Below, piece by piece: positions 8,223-17,857 of a stretch of DNA of 64,000 nucleotides. Numbering within the stretch: position 1 is the first letter of the stretch; every line of letters starts with the position of its first letter. Below the pieces are notes generated by a model. The model was not told where the DNA came from and did no database searches. It worked only from the letters and a program-made list of their open reading frames with translations. The position numbers and the translations under genes are program-made. Origin of the DNA: Roseateles sp. (GTDB lineage: Bacteria; Pseudomonadota; Gammaproteobacteria; Burkholderiales; Burkholderiaceae_C); the NCBI GenBank assembly GCA_036401055.1, contig DASWWC010000109.1, positions 1,563 to 65,562 on the forward strand, in the 5' to 3' direction.

Positions 8223-9805
8223 GCGGGGAGTCCTTTGTAGACAAAGTTGCGAGCGCGGACCTCGCCTTTGCCGGCGCTGAACAGCGCGGGGCGCAGGCTG
8301 ACGAAGCCGCCGAACACGTTGTGATGCAGGCCGGAGACCTCCATCTGCCAGGAGTGCTGGGTCCAGGTCTTGCCGCCATCGTGGGAGTAGTGCCAGGTGA
8401 TGACGTTCTCGCGGTTGACGAGGCGGATGTGGACGCGCTTGGTCGCCATGCTGTGGCGCATCCAGCCGTGCTCCTGGCCGTAGCCGTAGGTCAGCATCTG
8501 CGTGGTGCTGAAGGCGATGCCGACGTGGCCGCGCTCCTCGTAGAACAGCGCCAGGCCGCCGTGGCCGTCACCCGTGATCTCCAGCTCGACCGAGACTTCG
8601 TAGCTGCGGTCGCCGCAGGCGCAGGTCAGCGGCGACGAGTCCGGCAGTGCCTTGCCCTTGCCGCGGATGACGAGGGCCTTGTCCTCGAAGCGCAGGCGCT
8701 GGGCCTCGTCCGGCCCCGGCGCATGAAAGGCCCATTGCAGGCCCAGCTTGCCGCTGGAGAAATCGTCCGACAGCGCAAAGCCCGCCTTGCTGGGCTTGCC
8801 ACCGCGCGGTTTGGGCAGGGGCTTGCTCAACGTGCCGCCCTTGGCGCGCAGCCAGCCGTCCTGGGTCCACTCCACCGGTTCCAGCAGCGCCTGCCGACCG
8901 AGGGTGCGGAACCCGTTCTCGTAGCCGTGATAGACCATCCACCAATCCCCGGCCGGTCCCTCGACGACGGTGGCGTGGCCGCGCGACCACCAGGGTTCGC
9001 TGGCGCTCGTCGTGCGCACGATGGGGTTGTTCGGCGCGTCCTCCCACGGCCCGTGCACGGAACGCGAGCGGGCCACGGTGACCATGTGGCTGGTGGGCGG
9101 CCCGGCCGTGCCGCCGACGGCACTGATCAGGTAGAACCACTCGCCGCGGCGGAACAGCTTGGGCCCCTCGGGCGCGAACATCTCGACGACCCAGTCCTTG
9201 GGGTATTGCCAGGGCTTCCAGGCGTTGTCCTCAAGCGGGCCGTCAGTGGCCAGGCCGTCGTCCTTCAGCCGCACGCGGCGGCCGCCGTTGACGAACAGGT
9301 AGCGCCGGCCGTCCTCGCCCACCACGTGGCCGGGGTCGATGCAGCCCGGCAGCTTCAGGTCGATGGGCGCGCTCCACGGGCCGCGGATGTCGTCGGCGTG
9401 GATGACGTAGGTGCCCGTGCCGTTGTCCTGCAGCACCGGGATGTAGAGGTAGAAGCGCCCCTGGTGCTTGATCAGATCCATGGCCCAGACGGTGCCGATG
9501 GGTTGATGAAGCGCGGCGGTGATGGGCGTCCAGTTCACCAGGTCCTGCGAGTGCCAGATGACGGCGCCCGGGTAGGACTGGAAGGACGAGAAGGTCATGT
9601 AGTAGTCGGCACCGTCCTTCAGGATCGTCGGATCGGCGTGGTCGCCCGCGACGATGGGGTTGATGTAGGTCCCGTTGCCCAGGTCGGCCTGGCGCTGGCC
9701 TTCGATGCCGGCGGCGAAGCGCGGCGCGGCGAGCGCCGATGTGGCTGCGGGCAGCGTCGCGCCGGCCAGGGTGGCCTGCATGGCCATGCGACGCGAGATG
9801 CTCAC
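8219..9805 (-). CDS. GH43 beta-xylosidase/alpha-L-arabinofuranosidase, probable Tat export
   Basis: GTG 9805 overlaps the transporter stop (GTGA); NPIVAGDHADPTI, WAMD, IDPGH, PEGPKL, GHATVV, C-terminal beta-sandwich. Confidence 0.88.
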   Translation of the reverse strand: MSISRRMAMQATLAGATLPAATSALAAPRFAAGIEGQRQADLGNGTYINPIVAGDHADPTILKDGADYYMTFSSFQSYPGAVIWHSQDLVNWTPITAALHQPIGTVWAMDLIKHQGRFYLYIPVLQDNGTGTYVIHADDIRGPWSAPIDLKLPGCIDPGHVVGEDGRRYLFVNGGRRVRLKDDGLATDGPLEDNAWKPWQYPKDWVVEMFAPEGPKLFRRGEWFYLISAVGGTAGPPTSHMVTVARSRSVHGPWEDAPNNPIVRTTSASEPWWSRGHATVVEGPAGDWWMVYHGYENGFRTLGRQALLEPVEWTQDGWLRAKGGTLSKPLPKPRGGKPSKAGFALSDDFSSGKLGLQWAFHAPGPDEAQRLRFEDKALVIRGKGKALPDSSPLTCACGDRSYEVSVELEITGDGHGGLALFYEERGHVGIAFSTTQMLTYGYGQEHGWMRHSMATKRVHIRLVNRENVITWHYSHDGGKTWTQHSWQMEVSGLHHNVFGGFVSLRPALFSAGKGEVRARNFVYKGLPA

Positions 9806-11244
9806 ACCGTGCCCCGCTTGGCTTCGAGCTGCTTGCGGATGTCCTGCATGCGTGCCTCGGTCAGCGGGAAGCGCAGGATGGCGGCCAGCGCGATGACCAG
9901 GCCGACGACCGGGATGCCGGACAGCAGGAAGCGGATCCAGAAGATGGCCTCGGGTGACTGCGCGCCTTCCTTGGCGGCGTCGAAGCCGGTGAACTGCAGG
10001 ATCCAGCCGGAGGCGCCCACGCCGAGCGCGATGCCGACCTTGGAGATCCACGACTGGCAGGCCGAGAACGAGCCTTCGCGGCGCTGGCCGGTCTGCAGTT
10101 CGTCGTAGTCCACCACGTCGCCGATGGTGGCGCCGTACAGCGTCCAGAAGCCGGCGCCGGTGAAGGCGACGAAGCCGCAGGCGAACAGTTGCAGATAAGG
10201 CAGCTCGGGGTCGTACAGCCACCAGTCGCCGATGAAGGCGGCGATGGCCATCAGCAGCACGACGACCAGCCCCGTGCGCTTGCCCCACTGGCGGGCGATC
10301 CACGTGAAGAACGGGATGCCGGCGAAGCCGAAGGCCATGCCCGCCAGGCCCATCGCGGTGTTCCATTGGGTGGCCAGCTTCACGTCGCCCTTGCAGACGT
10401 AGTAGACGGTCGCGTAGTAGCCGAGCGCGCCCACCATCGCGGTGCCCAGGCCGTAGGCCAGCGACAGCGCTAGCACGTTGCGGAAGGGCTTGCAGCGCAG
10501 CGTGCGCCAAAGCGTGTCCTTGAACGGGATGTGGGTCTGCGTGTGCGACACCAGCTTCTCGTAGTAGCGCTCGCGCACCAGCAGGAAGATGGCGATGGAC
10601 GCCGCCACCATGATGGCGCCGAGGATGGCGCAGTAGGTCTGCGCGCCGCGCAGGATGTCGGCCTTGCCGGTGACCGGGTCGTTGAAGATGGCCAGCGTCG
10701 TGAACTGCGCGGCGAAGAACATCGCCAGCTCCGGCCCCTTCTGGATGGCGTTGCGGATGGCCATCACGGTGGTGCGTTCGTGATAGTCCGGCGTCATCTC
10801 CGAGCCCAAGCTCACCCAGGGCATGTTGAAGCAGGCCATCACCGGCACGTAGATCAGCATGCTGACCAGCATGAAGATGAAGTACTGCGTCTGGGTCCAG
10901 TCCTTGCCGACGGCGAACATCAGCGGCAGGCCGATGCCGGCCAGGACGCCGCCGATGAGGATGAACGGCCGGCGGCGGCCGTAGCGCGTGCGCGTGTTGT
11001 CGGACAGCCAGCCGAAGATCGCGTCGCTCGCGGCGTCGATGAACACCTTCACCATCTGAACCGTGGAGATCAGCCCCGGCGCAACGCCCAGAAAGATGTT
11101 GAAGACGTGGAAGGCGAGCGCCGGGTAGAGCCAGTGCCCCCACATGTCCAGGATGGAACCGAGGCCGAAGCCGATCTTCTGCTTCATCGGCAGCCGGCCG
11201 GAGGACGGCACGGCCTGGGGCATGTGGAGGGTGCTGGCGTTCAC
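9802..11244 (-). CDS. GPH-family (glycoside-pentoside-hexuronide) MFS sugar:cation symporter
   Basis: SDNTRTRYGRRRPF, DVVDYDELQTGQRREG, about 12 hydrophobic segments; GTG 11244 overlaps the GH1 stop (start could also be ATG 11223). Confidence 0.88.
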   Translation of the reverse strand: MNASTLHMPQAVPSSGRLPMKQKIGFGLGSILDMWGHWLYPALAFHVFNIFLGVAPGLISTVQMVKVFIDAASDAIFGWLSDNTRTRYGRRRPFILIGGVLAGIGLPLMFAVGKDWTQTQYFIFMLVSMLIYVPVMACFNMPWVSLGSEMTPDYHERTTVMAIRNAIQKGPELAMFFAAQFTTLAIFNDPVTGKADILRGAQTYCAILGAIMVAASIAIFLLVRERYYEKLVSHTQTHIPFKDTLWRTLRCKPFRNVLALSLAYGLGTAMVGALGYYATVYYVCKGDVKLATQWNTAMGLAGMAFGFAGIPFFTWIARQWGKRTGLVVVLLMAIAAFIGDWWLYDPELPYLQLFACGFVAFTGAGFWTLYGATIGDVVDYDELQTGQRREGSFSACQSWISKVGIALGVGASGWILQFTGFDAAKEGAQSPEAIFWIRFLLSGIPVVGLVIALAAILRFPLTEARMQDIRKQLEAKRGTV

Positions 11245-12701
11245 AGGATTCTTCGCTCTTTGATGACGTCGGAGTAATAGCGGGCGGACAGCTTGGGCGT
11301 GCGCTTCTGCGTCTGGAAGTCGCAGTGCACGATGCCGAAGCGGCGCTGGTAGCCGTCTTCCCATTCGAAGTTGTCGATGAAGGACCACAGGAAGTAGCCC
11401 TTCAGCGGCACACCGTCGGCAATCGCCCGGTGCGCCTCGCGCAGATAGCTGCGCACGTAGTCGCGGCGGTGCAGGTCGAACACCTCGCCGTTGGCGACCG
11501 GCTCGTCGTCGTAGCCGCAGCCGTTCTCGGTGATGTGGATGGCCTGGTGGCCATAGACCTCGTGGCAGAAGCGCGGCCCCCAGTAGAGGGCCTGCGGCAC
11601 CAGGCGCAGCCAGGTGCTGTCCGCACGCGGGTAGTTGACCGGGTTGGTGACGGCCTCGTAGCCGCCGTTCTTGCCGGCGCGCACGAAGGTACCGCTGTAG
11701 ATGTTCAGGCCCAGGAAGTCAGTCGGCAGGCTGATGAGGTCGAAGTCGCCCGGCTTCACGTCGGGCGCGTCGGCGCCCACGCGCTTCAGGAAGTTCTCGG
11801 TGTATTTGCCGGCCTGGATGGCGCCCAGGATCTGCGCGTTGCGGTCGATGAACCAGGCCTTGGCGGCGGCGATGTCGGCGGGCTTCTCGGACACAGGCAC
11901 GGCCACGGCGCAGTTGTCGGTCAGTCCCACGACGGCGCCCTTGCCGCCGAACTGGCGCACCGCGCGCACGCCATGGCCATGGCACAGCAGCGCGTGGTGG
12001 TAGGTCTGGTTGACGACCTTGTTGCTTTCCTTGCGGCCCGGCGCCTTGGTGCCGGTGCCATAGCCCAGCAGCGTGAAGCAGACGATCTCGTTCAGCGTGA
12101 TCCAGTGCTTCACGTCCTTGGCGAAGGCCTTCACCACCGTGTCGGCGTACTGCGCAAAGGCATCCACCGTCACGCGCGAGGTCCAGCCGCCGCGGTCTTC
12201 CAGAGCCTGGGGCATGTCCCAGTGGAAGAGCGTGACCCAGGGCTCGATGCCGTGCTTCTTCATGCTCGCGAAGACGCGGTGATAGAAGTCCAGTCCTTTC
12301 TGGTTCAGCTCGCCGTCGCCCTTGGGGTAGATGCGCGGCCAGGCGATGGACAGGCGGTAGGTCTTGATGCCCAGCGAGGCCATCAACGCGAAGTCTTCGT
12401 CGAAGCGGTGGTAGTGGTCGCAGGCCACATCCAGCGTGTCGCCGCCGTGCACCTTGCCGGGGATGCGCGCGAAGCGGTCCCAGACGGACTCGCCCTTGCC
12501 GTCCTCGAAGGCCGCCCCCTCGATCTGCGCGGAGGCCGCAGCGACGCCGAACACGAAATCGGCGGGGAACTGGCTGGCGTATGTCAGCGTTGTCGTCCCT
12601 GGCGCAGCAAGGTGCTGCGGGGTGGCGGCAAGCGACGCCGTGGGGGCCAGGGCGGCGGCGGCAAACAGTTGGCGGCGGCGCGGGGAGCGGAGCGAAGTCA
12701 T
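11241..12701 (-). CDS. GH1 beta-glucosidase, Tat-exported paralog
   Basis: SD GAGG then MTSLRSPRRRQLFAAAAL; FPADFVFGVAAASAQIEG, TLNE, ITENG, DNFEW. Confidence 0.92.
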   Translation of the reverse strand: MTSLRSPRRRQLFAAAALAPTASLAATPQHLAAPGTTTLTYASQFPADFVFGVAAASAQIEGAAFEDGKGESVWDRFARIPGKVHGGDTLDVACDHYHRFDEDFALMASLGIKTYRLSIAWPRIYPKGDGELNQKGLDFYHRVFASMKKHGIEPWVTLFHWDMPQALEDRGGWTSRVTVDAFAQYADTVVKAFAKDVKHWITLNEIVCFTLLGYGTGTKAPGRKESNKVVNQTYHHALLCHGHGVRAVRQFGGKGAVVGLTDNCAVAVPVSEKPADIAAAKAWFIDRNAQILGAIQAGKYTENFLKRVGADAPDVKPGDFDLISLPTDFLGLNIYSGTFVRAGKNGGYEAVTNPVNYPRADSTWLRLVPQALYWGPRFCHEVYGHQAIHITENGCGYDDEPVANGEVFDLHRRDYVRSYLREAHRAIADGVPLKGYFLWSFIDNFEWEDGYQRRFGIVHCDFQTQKRTPKLSARYYSDVIKERRIL

Positions 12702-12782
12702 CGGGTGTTCCTCGTTGGACCGCATGGCGGGCGACAGGCCCGTGGCGGCGCGAGGAATATAGGGCGACCACATGCTCCAGTG

Positions 12783-12921
12783 CGGGCCGAGCGCCGGGCC
12801 GCTCCCAAGCCGGCCCGCGTAGGGCAATGCTTGCTGGTTAATCCGGCAAGCATCGCCGTCCCCGCGGGGGACCGGCTAGGTGTGCCCGCGTTCAGCGCGG
12901 CAGAACTGGACGAGGGGCTCA
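12783..12921 (-). repeat. Structured intergenic repeat, copy A
   Basis: TGA-GCCCCTCG...GCCGGTCCCC...GGCGATGCTTGCCGG...GGGCCGGCTTGGGAGCGGCCCGGCGCTCGGCCCG; shared with copies at 20038, 47175 and 59618. Confidence 0.92.
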
Positions 12922-14274
12922 CAGGATCTTGCGAGCCTTGATGACCTGCGCGTAGTAGCGCGCCGACAGCTTGGGCGTGCGCGCCAGCGTCTCGTAGTCG
13001 CAGTGCACGATGCCGAAGCGGCGCTGGTAGCCGTCTTCCCACTCGTAGTTGTCGATGAAGCTCCACAGAAAGTAGCCTTTCAGCGGTACGCCGTCGCTGA
13101 TGGCGCGATGGGCTTCGCGCAGGTGGTTGCGCAGGAAGTCGCGGCGGTGCAGGTCCAGCACCTCGCCGTTCACCACCGGCTCGTCGTTGTAGCCGCAGCC
13201 GTTCTCGGTGATGTAGAGGGCCTGGTGGCCGTAGCACTCGGCCGCGAAGCGCGTGGCCCAGTAGATGCACTGCGGCGCGATGTGCAGCCAGGGGCTGTCG
13301 GCCTTCGGGTAGTTGGCGGGCAGGGCGACGATTTCCCACGCACCATCCTTGCCGGCGCGCACATAGGTGCCGGTGTAGATGTTCAGACCGAGGTGGTCGG
13401 TGGGCAGGCTGATGAGGTCGAAGTCGCCGGGCTCGACCGGGGGCGCGTCGGCGCCGACGCGGGCCAGGTAGTCGGCCGGGTACTGGCCGGCATGCATCGC
13501 GCCCAGCACGTGGGCGTTCTTCTCCAGGAACCAGGCCTTGGCGGCCGCGATGTCCTCGGGCGTCTCGGTGACGGGGATGCAGACGTCCAGGTTGTCGGTC
13601 AGACCGACGACCGCGCCGGCGCCGCCGAACTCGCGCACCGCGCGCACGCCGTGGCCATGGCACAGCAGCGCGTGGTGGAAGGTCTGGTTGACGACGGCTG
13701 CGCTCTCCTTGCGGCCCGGCGCCTTGGTGCCGTAGCCATAGGCCAGCAGCGTGAAGCAGCGGATCTCGTTCATCGTGATCCAGTGCTTCACCTCGCCGGC
13801 GAAGGCCTTGACGATGGTGTCGGCATAGCGGGCGAAGGCGTCCACCGTCACGCGCGAGGTCCAGCCGCCGCGGTCTTCCAGGCTCTGCGGCAGATCCCAG
13901 TGGAACATCGTCACCCAGGGCTCGATGCCGTGCTTCTTCATGCTGGCAAACAGCCGGTGATAGAAGTCCAGGCCGGCCTGGTTCAGCTCGCCGTCGCCGT
14001 TGGGGAAGATGCGCGGCCAGGCGATGGACAGGCGGTAGTGCTTGTAGCCGAGGGACGCCATCAGCGCGAAGTCCTCGTCGAAGCGGTGGTAGTGGTCGCA
14101 GGCCACGTCCAGCGTGTCGCCGTCGTGCACCTTGCCGGGCGTGCGGGAGAACCGGTCCCAGATGGATTCGCCCTTGCCGTCCACGAAGGCCGCGCCCTCG
14201 ATCTGGGCGGACGCGGCGGCAACGCCGAACAGGAAGTCGGCGGGGAAGGGGCTGGAGTAGGTCAGTGCGGTCAT
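12919..14274 (-). CDS. GH1 beta-glucosidase, cytoplasmic paralog
   Basis: No signal peptide; FPADFLFGVAAASAQIEG, TMNE, ITENG, DNYEW; highly similar to the adjacent GH1. Confidence 0.93.
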   Translation of the reverse strand: MTALTYSSPFPADFLFGVAAASAQIEGAAFVDGKGESIWDRFSRTPGKVHDGDTLDVACDHYHRFDEDFALMASLGYKHYRLSIAWPRIFPNGDGELNQAGLDFYHRLFASMKKHGIEPWVTMFHWDLPQSLEDRGGWTSRVTVDAFARYADTIVKAFAGEVKHWITMNEIRCFTLLAYGYGTKAPGRKESAAVVNQTFHHALLCHGHGVRAVREFGGAGAVVGLTDNLDVCIPVTETPEDIAAAKAWFLEKNAHVLGAMHAGQYPADYLARVGADAPPVEPGDFDLISLPTDHLGLNIYTGTYVRAGKDGAWEIVALPANYPKADSPWLHIAPQCIYWATRFAAECYGHQALYITENGCGYNDEPVVNGEVLDLHRRDFLRNHLREAHRAISDGVPLKGYFLWSFIDNYEWEDGYQRRFGIVHCDYETLARTPKLSARYYAQVIKARKIL

Positions 14275-14295
14275 GGGGTCAGGTCACCAGCGCCG

Positions 14296-15570
14296 TCAGG
14301 GCGCCATCAGAGAGGTCAAGGTGGCTTCCAGGCTGCGGGCCCAGATGTCGTAGCCCTGCGGGCTGAGGTGAAGGAAGTCGGGCAGGATGTCTTTGGACAG
14401 CGTGCCGTCCGGGTTCATCAGCTTCGGGCCGATGTCGAGGAAGACGACGCGCTTGCCATCGGCGAGGGCGGGCAGCAGCGCGTTGATCCTGGCGTTGTGC
14501 CGGCGCAGCAAGTCGTCGGGTTTCTCGCCGCGCGGGAACAGCGCCAGCAGCAACACCTTGGCCTGCGGCTGGCGCTTGCGGATCTCGGCGAGGTTGGCCC
14601 GGATGCCCGCGACGGTGAGTGCCGGGTCTTCGAGCCGCTCGCCCGTGTTGTTGGTGCCGATCATCATGACGATCACCTTGGGCGCCATGCCGTCCAGCTC
14701 GCCATGCTGCAGGCGCCACAGCAGGTTCTCGCTGCGGTCGCCGCCAAAGCCCAGCGCGACGGCGTTGTGCTGGGCAAAGTGCTGGCCCCAAGCGGCCTTG
14801 CCCTCGTTCTCCCAGCCCTGCGTGATGGAGTCGCCGAGGAAGACGAGGTCCACGCGCCGGCCGGCGTCGCGGTGGGCGCGGATCTCGGCCAGCTTGACCT
14901 CGTGGCGCGGCAGCCACCAGTCGACAGCCCACGACTCCTGCAGCCGCTGCGGCGTGACGGATTGCGTGCGGTAGTCGGGGCAGGCGGTCGTCGCCTTGCC
15001 ACGCTTGTTGATGCGGAGGTTCGCGACCCGGATTTCGCCGCTGCCCGTGCCTTCCAGCGTGAAGGGCACGTCCACGGCACTGAAGTCGTCGCCGTCGCGC
15101 CAGAAACACTTCAGCGCGAAGCTCATGCGCTGGCGCCCCTTGCCGACCAACTCGCGGCCGGCGAACAGGAACGGGATCTTGCGCGCGCAGTCCTTGCCGC
15201 AGCCGAGCTTGAACTTCATGCCGCCGCGCGCGAGGTCGATGACGTCCAGATCGAACTCCACGGTGCCGTGCGGCAGGTAGCTGCGCAGGTCCAGCGCCTG
15301 GCCGCCCTGCCAGCGGGCCTGCGCGATCCACGAGTTGCTGAACTGCAGCGTCACGGCACCGTCGTCACCACGGCGTGCCGCCACACGGCTGTTGGGCACG
15401 CGCGGGTTGGCCGGCTTGGGCACGGTGACGCGGTCGCCTGTCAGCCGGGCCTCGCCCTCGAAATCGGTCACGGCGATGTGCCAGCCGGGCGCAGGCTTGC
15501 CGTCGTCCAGCGTCATTGACTGCGTTGTCAGCGGCAGTGCGGCCAGCAGCGCGAGCAGGAAGCGGTTCAT
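14296..15570 (-). CDS. Secreted SGNH/GDSL esterase with an N-terminal galactose-binding-like domain (candidate polysaccharide O-acetylesterase)
   Basis: Signal peptide; LVFLGDSITQGW, GFGGD, IGTNN, DFLH blocks; beta-rich ~190 aa N-terminal domain. Confidence 0.8.
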   Translation of the reverse strand: MNRFLLALLAALPLTTQSMTLDDGKPAPGWHIAVTDFEGEARLTGDRVTVPKPANPRVPNSRVAARRGDDGAVTLQFSNSWIAQARWQGGQALDLRSYLPHGTVEFDLDVIDLARGGMKFKLGCGKDCARKIPFLFAGRELVGKGRQRMSFALKCFWRDGDDFSAVDVPFTLEGTGSGEIRVANLRINKRGKATTACPDYRTQSVTPQRLQESWAVDWWLPRHEVKLAEIRAHRDAGRRVDLVFLGDSITQGWENEGKAAWGQHFAQHNAVALGFGGDRSENLLWRLQHGELDGMAPKVIVMMIGTNNTGERLEDPALTVAGIRANLAEIRKRQPQAKVLLLALFPRGEKPDDLLRRHNARINALLPALADGKRVVFLDIGPKLMNPDGTLSKDILPDFLHLSPQGYDIWARSLEATLTSLMAP

Positions 15571-15571
15571 G

Positions 15572-17857
15572 TCAGTGCAGGTCCTTGGCGCTCAGCGTGC
15601 GCGACTGGCCGGGCTGGAGCTTCAGCTCGACGATGCGCCCGCCCACGCGGACGCGGCCACCGCCCGCGCCGGCGGCGGAGCGTACCGTGGCGCGCGTCAG
15701 CTGGCCGTCGGCCCAGGCCATGTCCACCTCGAAGCCGCCGCGCGCGCGCAGGCCCTTCACCGCGCCGTCGCGCCAGGCGGCGGGCAGCGCGGGCAGCAGC
15801 GTGAGGGCGTCGTCGTGCGACTGCAGCAGCATCTCGGCGATGGCGGCGGTGGCGCCGAAGTTGCCGTCGATCTGGAACGGCGGGTGGGTGTCCAGCAGGT
15901 TGGGGTAGGTGCCGCCCTGGTGCACCTCGCCGCCCTCGCGGGCCTTGCGCGCGCCGGGCTGGGCCAGCAGGCCGCGCAGCAGCTGATGGGCGTGGTCGCC
16001 GTCCCGCAGCCGCGCCCAGAACGCGATCTTCCAGGCCATCGACCAGCCGGTGCTGACGTCGCCGCGCGCCTGCAGCGTCTTGCGCGCCGCGGCGGCCAGC
16101 TCGGGCGTGCGTGCGGGCGAGATCTGCCGGCCGGGATACAGCGCATACAGGTGCGACACGTGGCGGTGCGTGTCCTTCGGCGTGTCCAGCACCGGGTCGG
16201 TCAGCTCGTCCAGCCATTCCAGCAGCTGGCCCCAGCTGCCGATGCGCGGGCCGGCCAGGCGGTCGCGGATGGCCGCCGCACGCGCCTGCGCGGCCTGGTC
16301 ACCCAGCACCGCCGCGGCCTGCGCCATGTTGTCGAAGTGGTCCCACAGGATCTGCTGGTCGTAGGCCACGCCGTCCTGGATGGGGCCGTGCTCGGGCGAC
16401 CAGCCGTTGGGCGCCACCAAGCGGCCATCGGGCAAGGCCTTCAGCCGGTCTGCCCAGAACTGGCCCACCTCCTTCAGCACCGGCCAGGCTACGTCGCGCA
16501 GGAAGGCCTTGTCCTGCGTGAACGCGTAGTGCTCCCAGAAGTGGCGCGCGTACCAGGCGTTGCCGGTCATGTTCCACAGGTAGCCCTGGTGGCCGAACGG
16601 GTTGGTCTCGGTGCGCAGCGCCCAGCCGCGCACGGGCTTGCCGCTCGCGGTCAAAAAGGTCTCCTGCGGCGGCTGCACGGAGTGGTCCCAGGGCGGCGTC
16701 TCGGGCGGCAACGCGGTCGGGTCCTTCAGCGCCAGCGCGGCGCGTTCGGACACGGCCTTGCGCCATTCGGGCACCAGCCGCTGCACGAAGCGGTGGAAGG
16801 GCCGCGCGGCCTCGGCGAGGTTCGTCACCTCGGCCGGCCAGTAGTTCATCTGCAGGTTGATGTTGGAGTGGTAGTCGCTGTTCCACGGCGGCTGCAGGTG
16901 GTCGTTCCACAGGCCTTGCAGGTTGGCGGGCAACGAATCGCGCGAGCTGCTGACCAGCAGGTAGCGGCCGTAGTGGAAGTAGAGCGCCTCCAGTTCGGGG
17001 TCGTCGCCGTACTGTGTGTAGGCGGCCAGTCGCGCATCGGTCGTCAGCGCACGGCGCGCGGCCGGGCTGGTGCCGAGGTCCAGGCTGACGCGGCCCAGCA
17101 GCGCGTCGACGTCGGCGTGGTGCTCGGCGCGCAGCTGCTGCCAGGGCTTGGCCGCCGCGGCGGCCACCTGCGCCTGCACGCGCGGCAGCGGCGGCTGGCC
17201 ATCGGCAAAGCTGGTGCCGGCGCCGAGGATCAGCGTCAATGAAGTGCAGCCGCTGAAGCGCAGCGTGTTGCCTTCGACGGCGACGCTGCCGCCCTCATGC
17301 AGCACGCGCAGCTGGCTGGCGTAGGCCAGGCCGTTGGGCAGCGCGCCGACCGCGCTCAGCGTGGTGTTGGCCGCGCTGAGCGCCGCACCGTGCCGGTCGG
17401 TCAGCGCGATGCGGCCGTGGTAGCGGCCCGGCGCGCTGGCGTGCAGGTGCCAGACCAGCACCTGCGCCGGGTGGCTGGCGAAGGTCTCGCGCGCAAAGCG
17501 CACGCCGTCCTGCGTGTAGCCCAGGCGGTGCTCGGCGCGGGCGATGTCCAGCTCGCGGCGGTAGGCGCTGGCCGGTGTGTCGGCGCCGTCCAGCGTCAGC
17601 ACCACGTCGCCGAAGGGCTGGTAGGCGCCCATGGTCTTCGTGTCGCCGGTCCACAGCGTGATGTCGTTGAACTGCAGCCGGTCGCGCGCGACCTGGCCGA
17701 ACAGCATCGCGCCCAGGCGGCCGTTGCCGATGGGCAGCGCCTGCTGCTCCCAGCCCTGGGGCGTGTCGGGCGCGGGCCGGTCGTAGTGCAGCACCAGCTC
17801 GCGCGCCTGCAAGGGCAGCGCGACGGCCAGGCACAGGGTGACGAGCAGACGCTTCAT
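15572..17857 (-). CDS. GH95 alpha-1,2-L-fucosidase (or alpha-L-galactosidase)
   Basis: Start MKRLLV overlaps the GH74 stop; [47 protein letters not shown]. Confidence 0.93.
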   Translation of the reverse strand: MKRLLVTLCLAVALPLQARELVLHYDRPAPDTPQGWEQQALPIGNGRLGAMLFGQVARDRLQFNDITLWTGDTKTMGAYQPFGDVVLTLDGADTPASAYRRELDIARAEHRLGYTQDGVRFARETFASHPAQVLVWHLHASAPGRYHGRIALTDRHGAALSAANTTLSAVGALPNGLAYASQLRVLHEGGSVAVEGNTLRFSGCTSLTLILGAGTSFADGQPPLPRVQAQVAAAAAKPWQQLRAEHHADVDALLGRVSLDLGTSPAARRALTTDARLAAYTQYGDDPELEALYFHYGRYLLVSSSRDSLPANLQGLWNDHLQPPWNSDYHSNINLQMNYWPAEVTNLAEAARPFHRFVQRLVPEWRKAVSERAALALKDPTALPPETPPWDHSVQPPQETFLTASGKPVRGWALRTETNPFGHQGYLWNMTGNAWYARHFWEHYAFTQDKAFLRDVAWPVLKEVGQFWADRLKALPDGRLVAPNGWSPEHGPIQDGVAYDQQILWDHFDNMAQAAAVLGDQAAQARAAAIRDRLAGPRIGSWGQLLEWLDELTDPVLDTPKDTHRHVSHLYALYPGRQISPARTPELAAAARKTLQARGDVSTGWSMAWKIAFWARLRDGDHAHQLLRGLLAQPGARKAREGGEVHQGGTYPNLLDTHPPFQIDGNFGATAAIAEMLLQSHDDALTLLPALPAAWRDGAVKGLRARGGFEVDMAWADGQLTRATVRSAAGAGGGRVRVGGRIVELKLQPGQSRTLSAKDLH

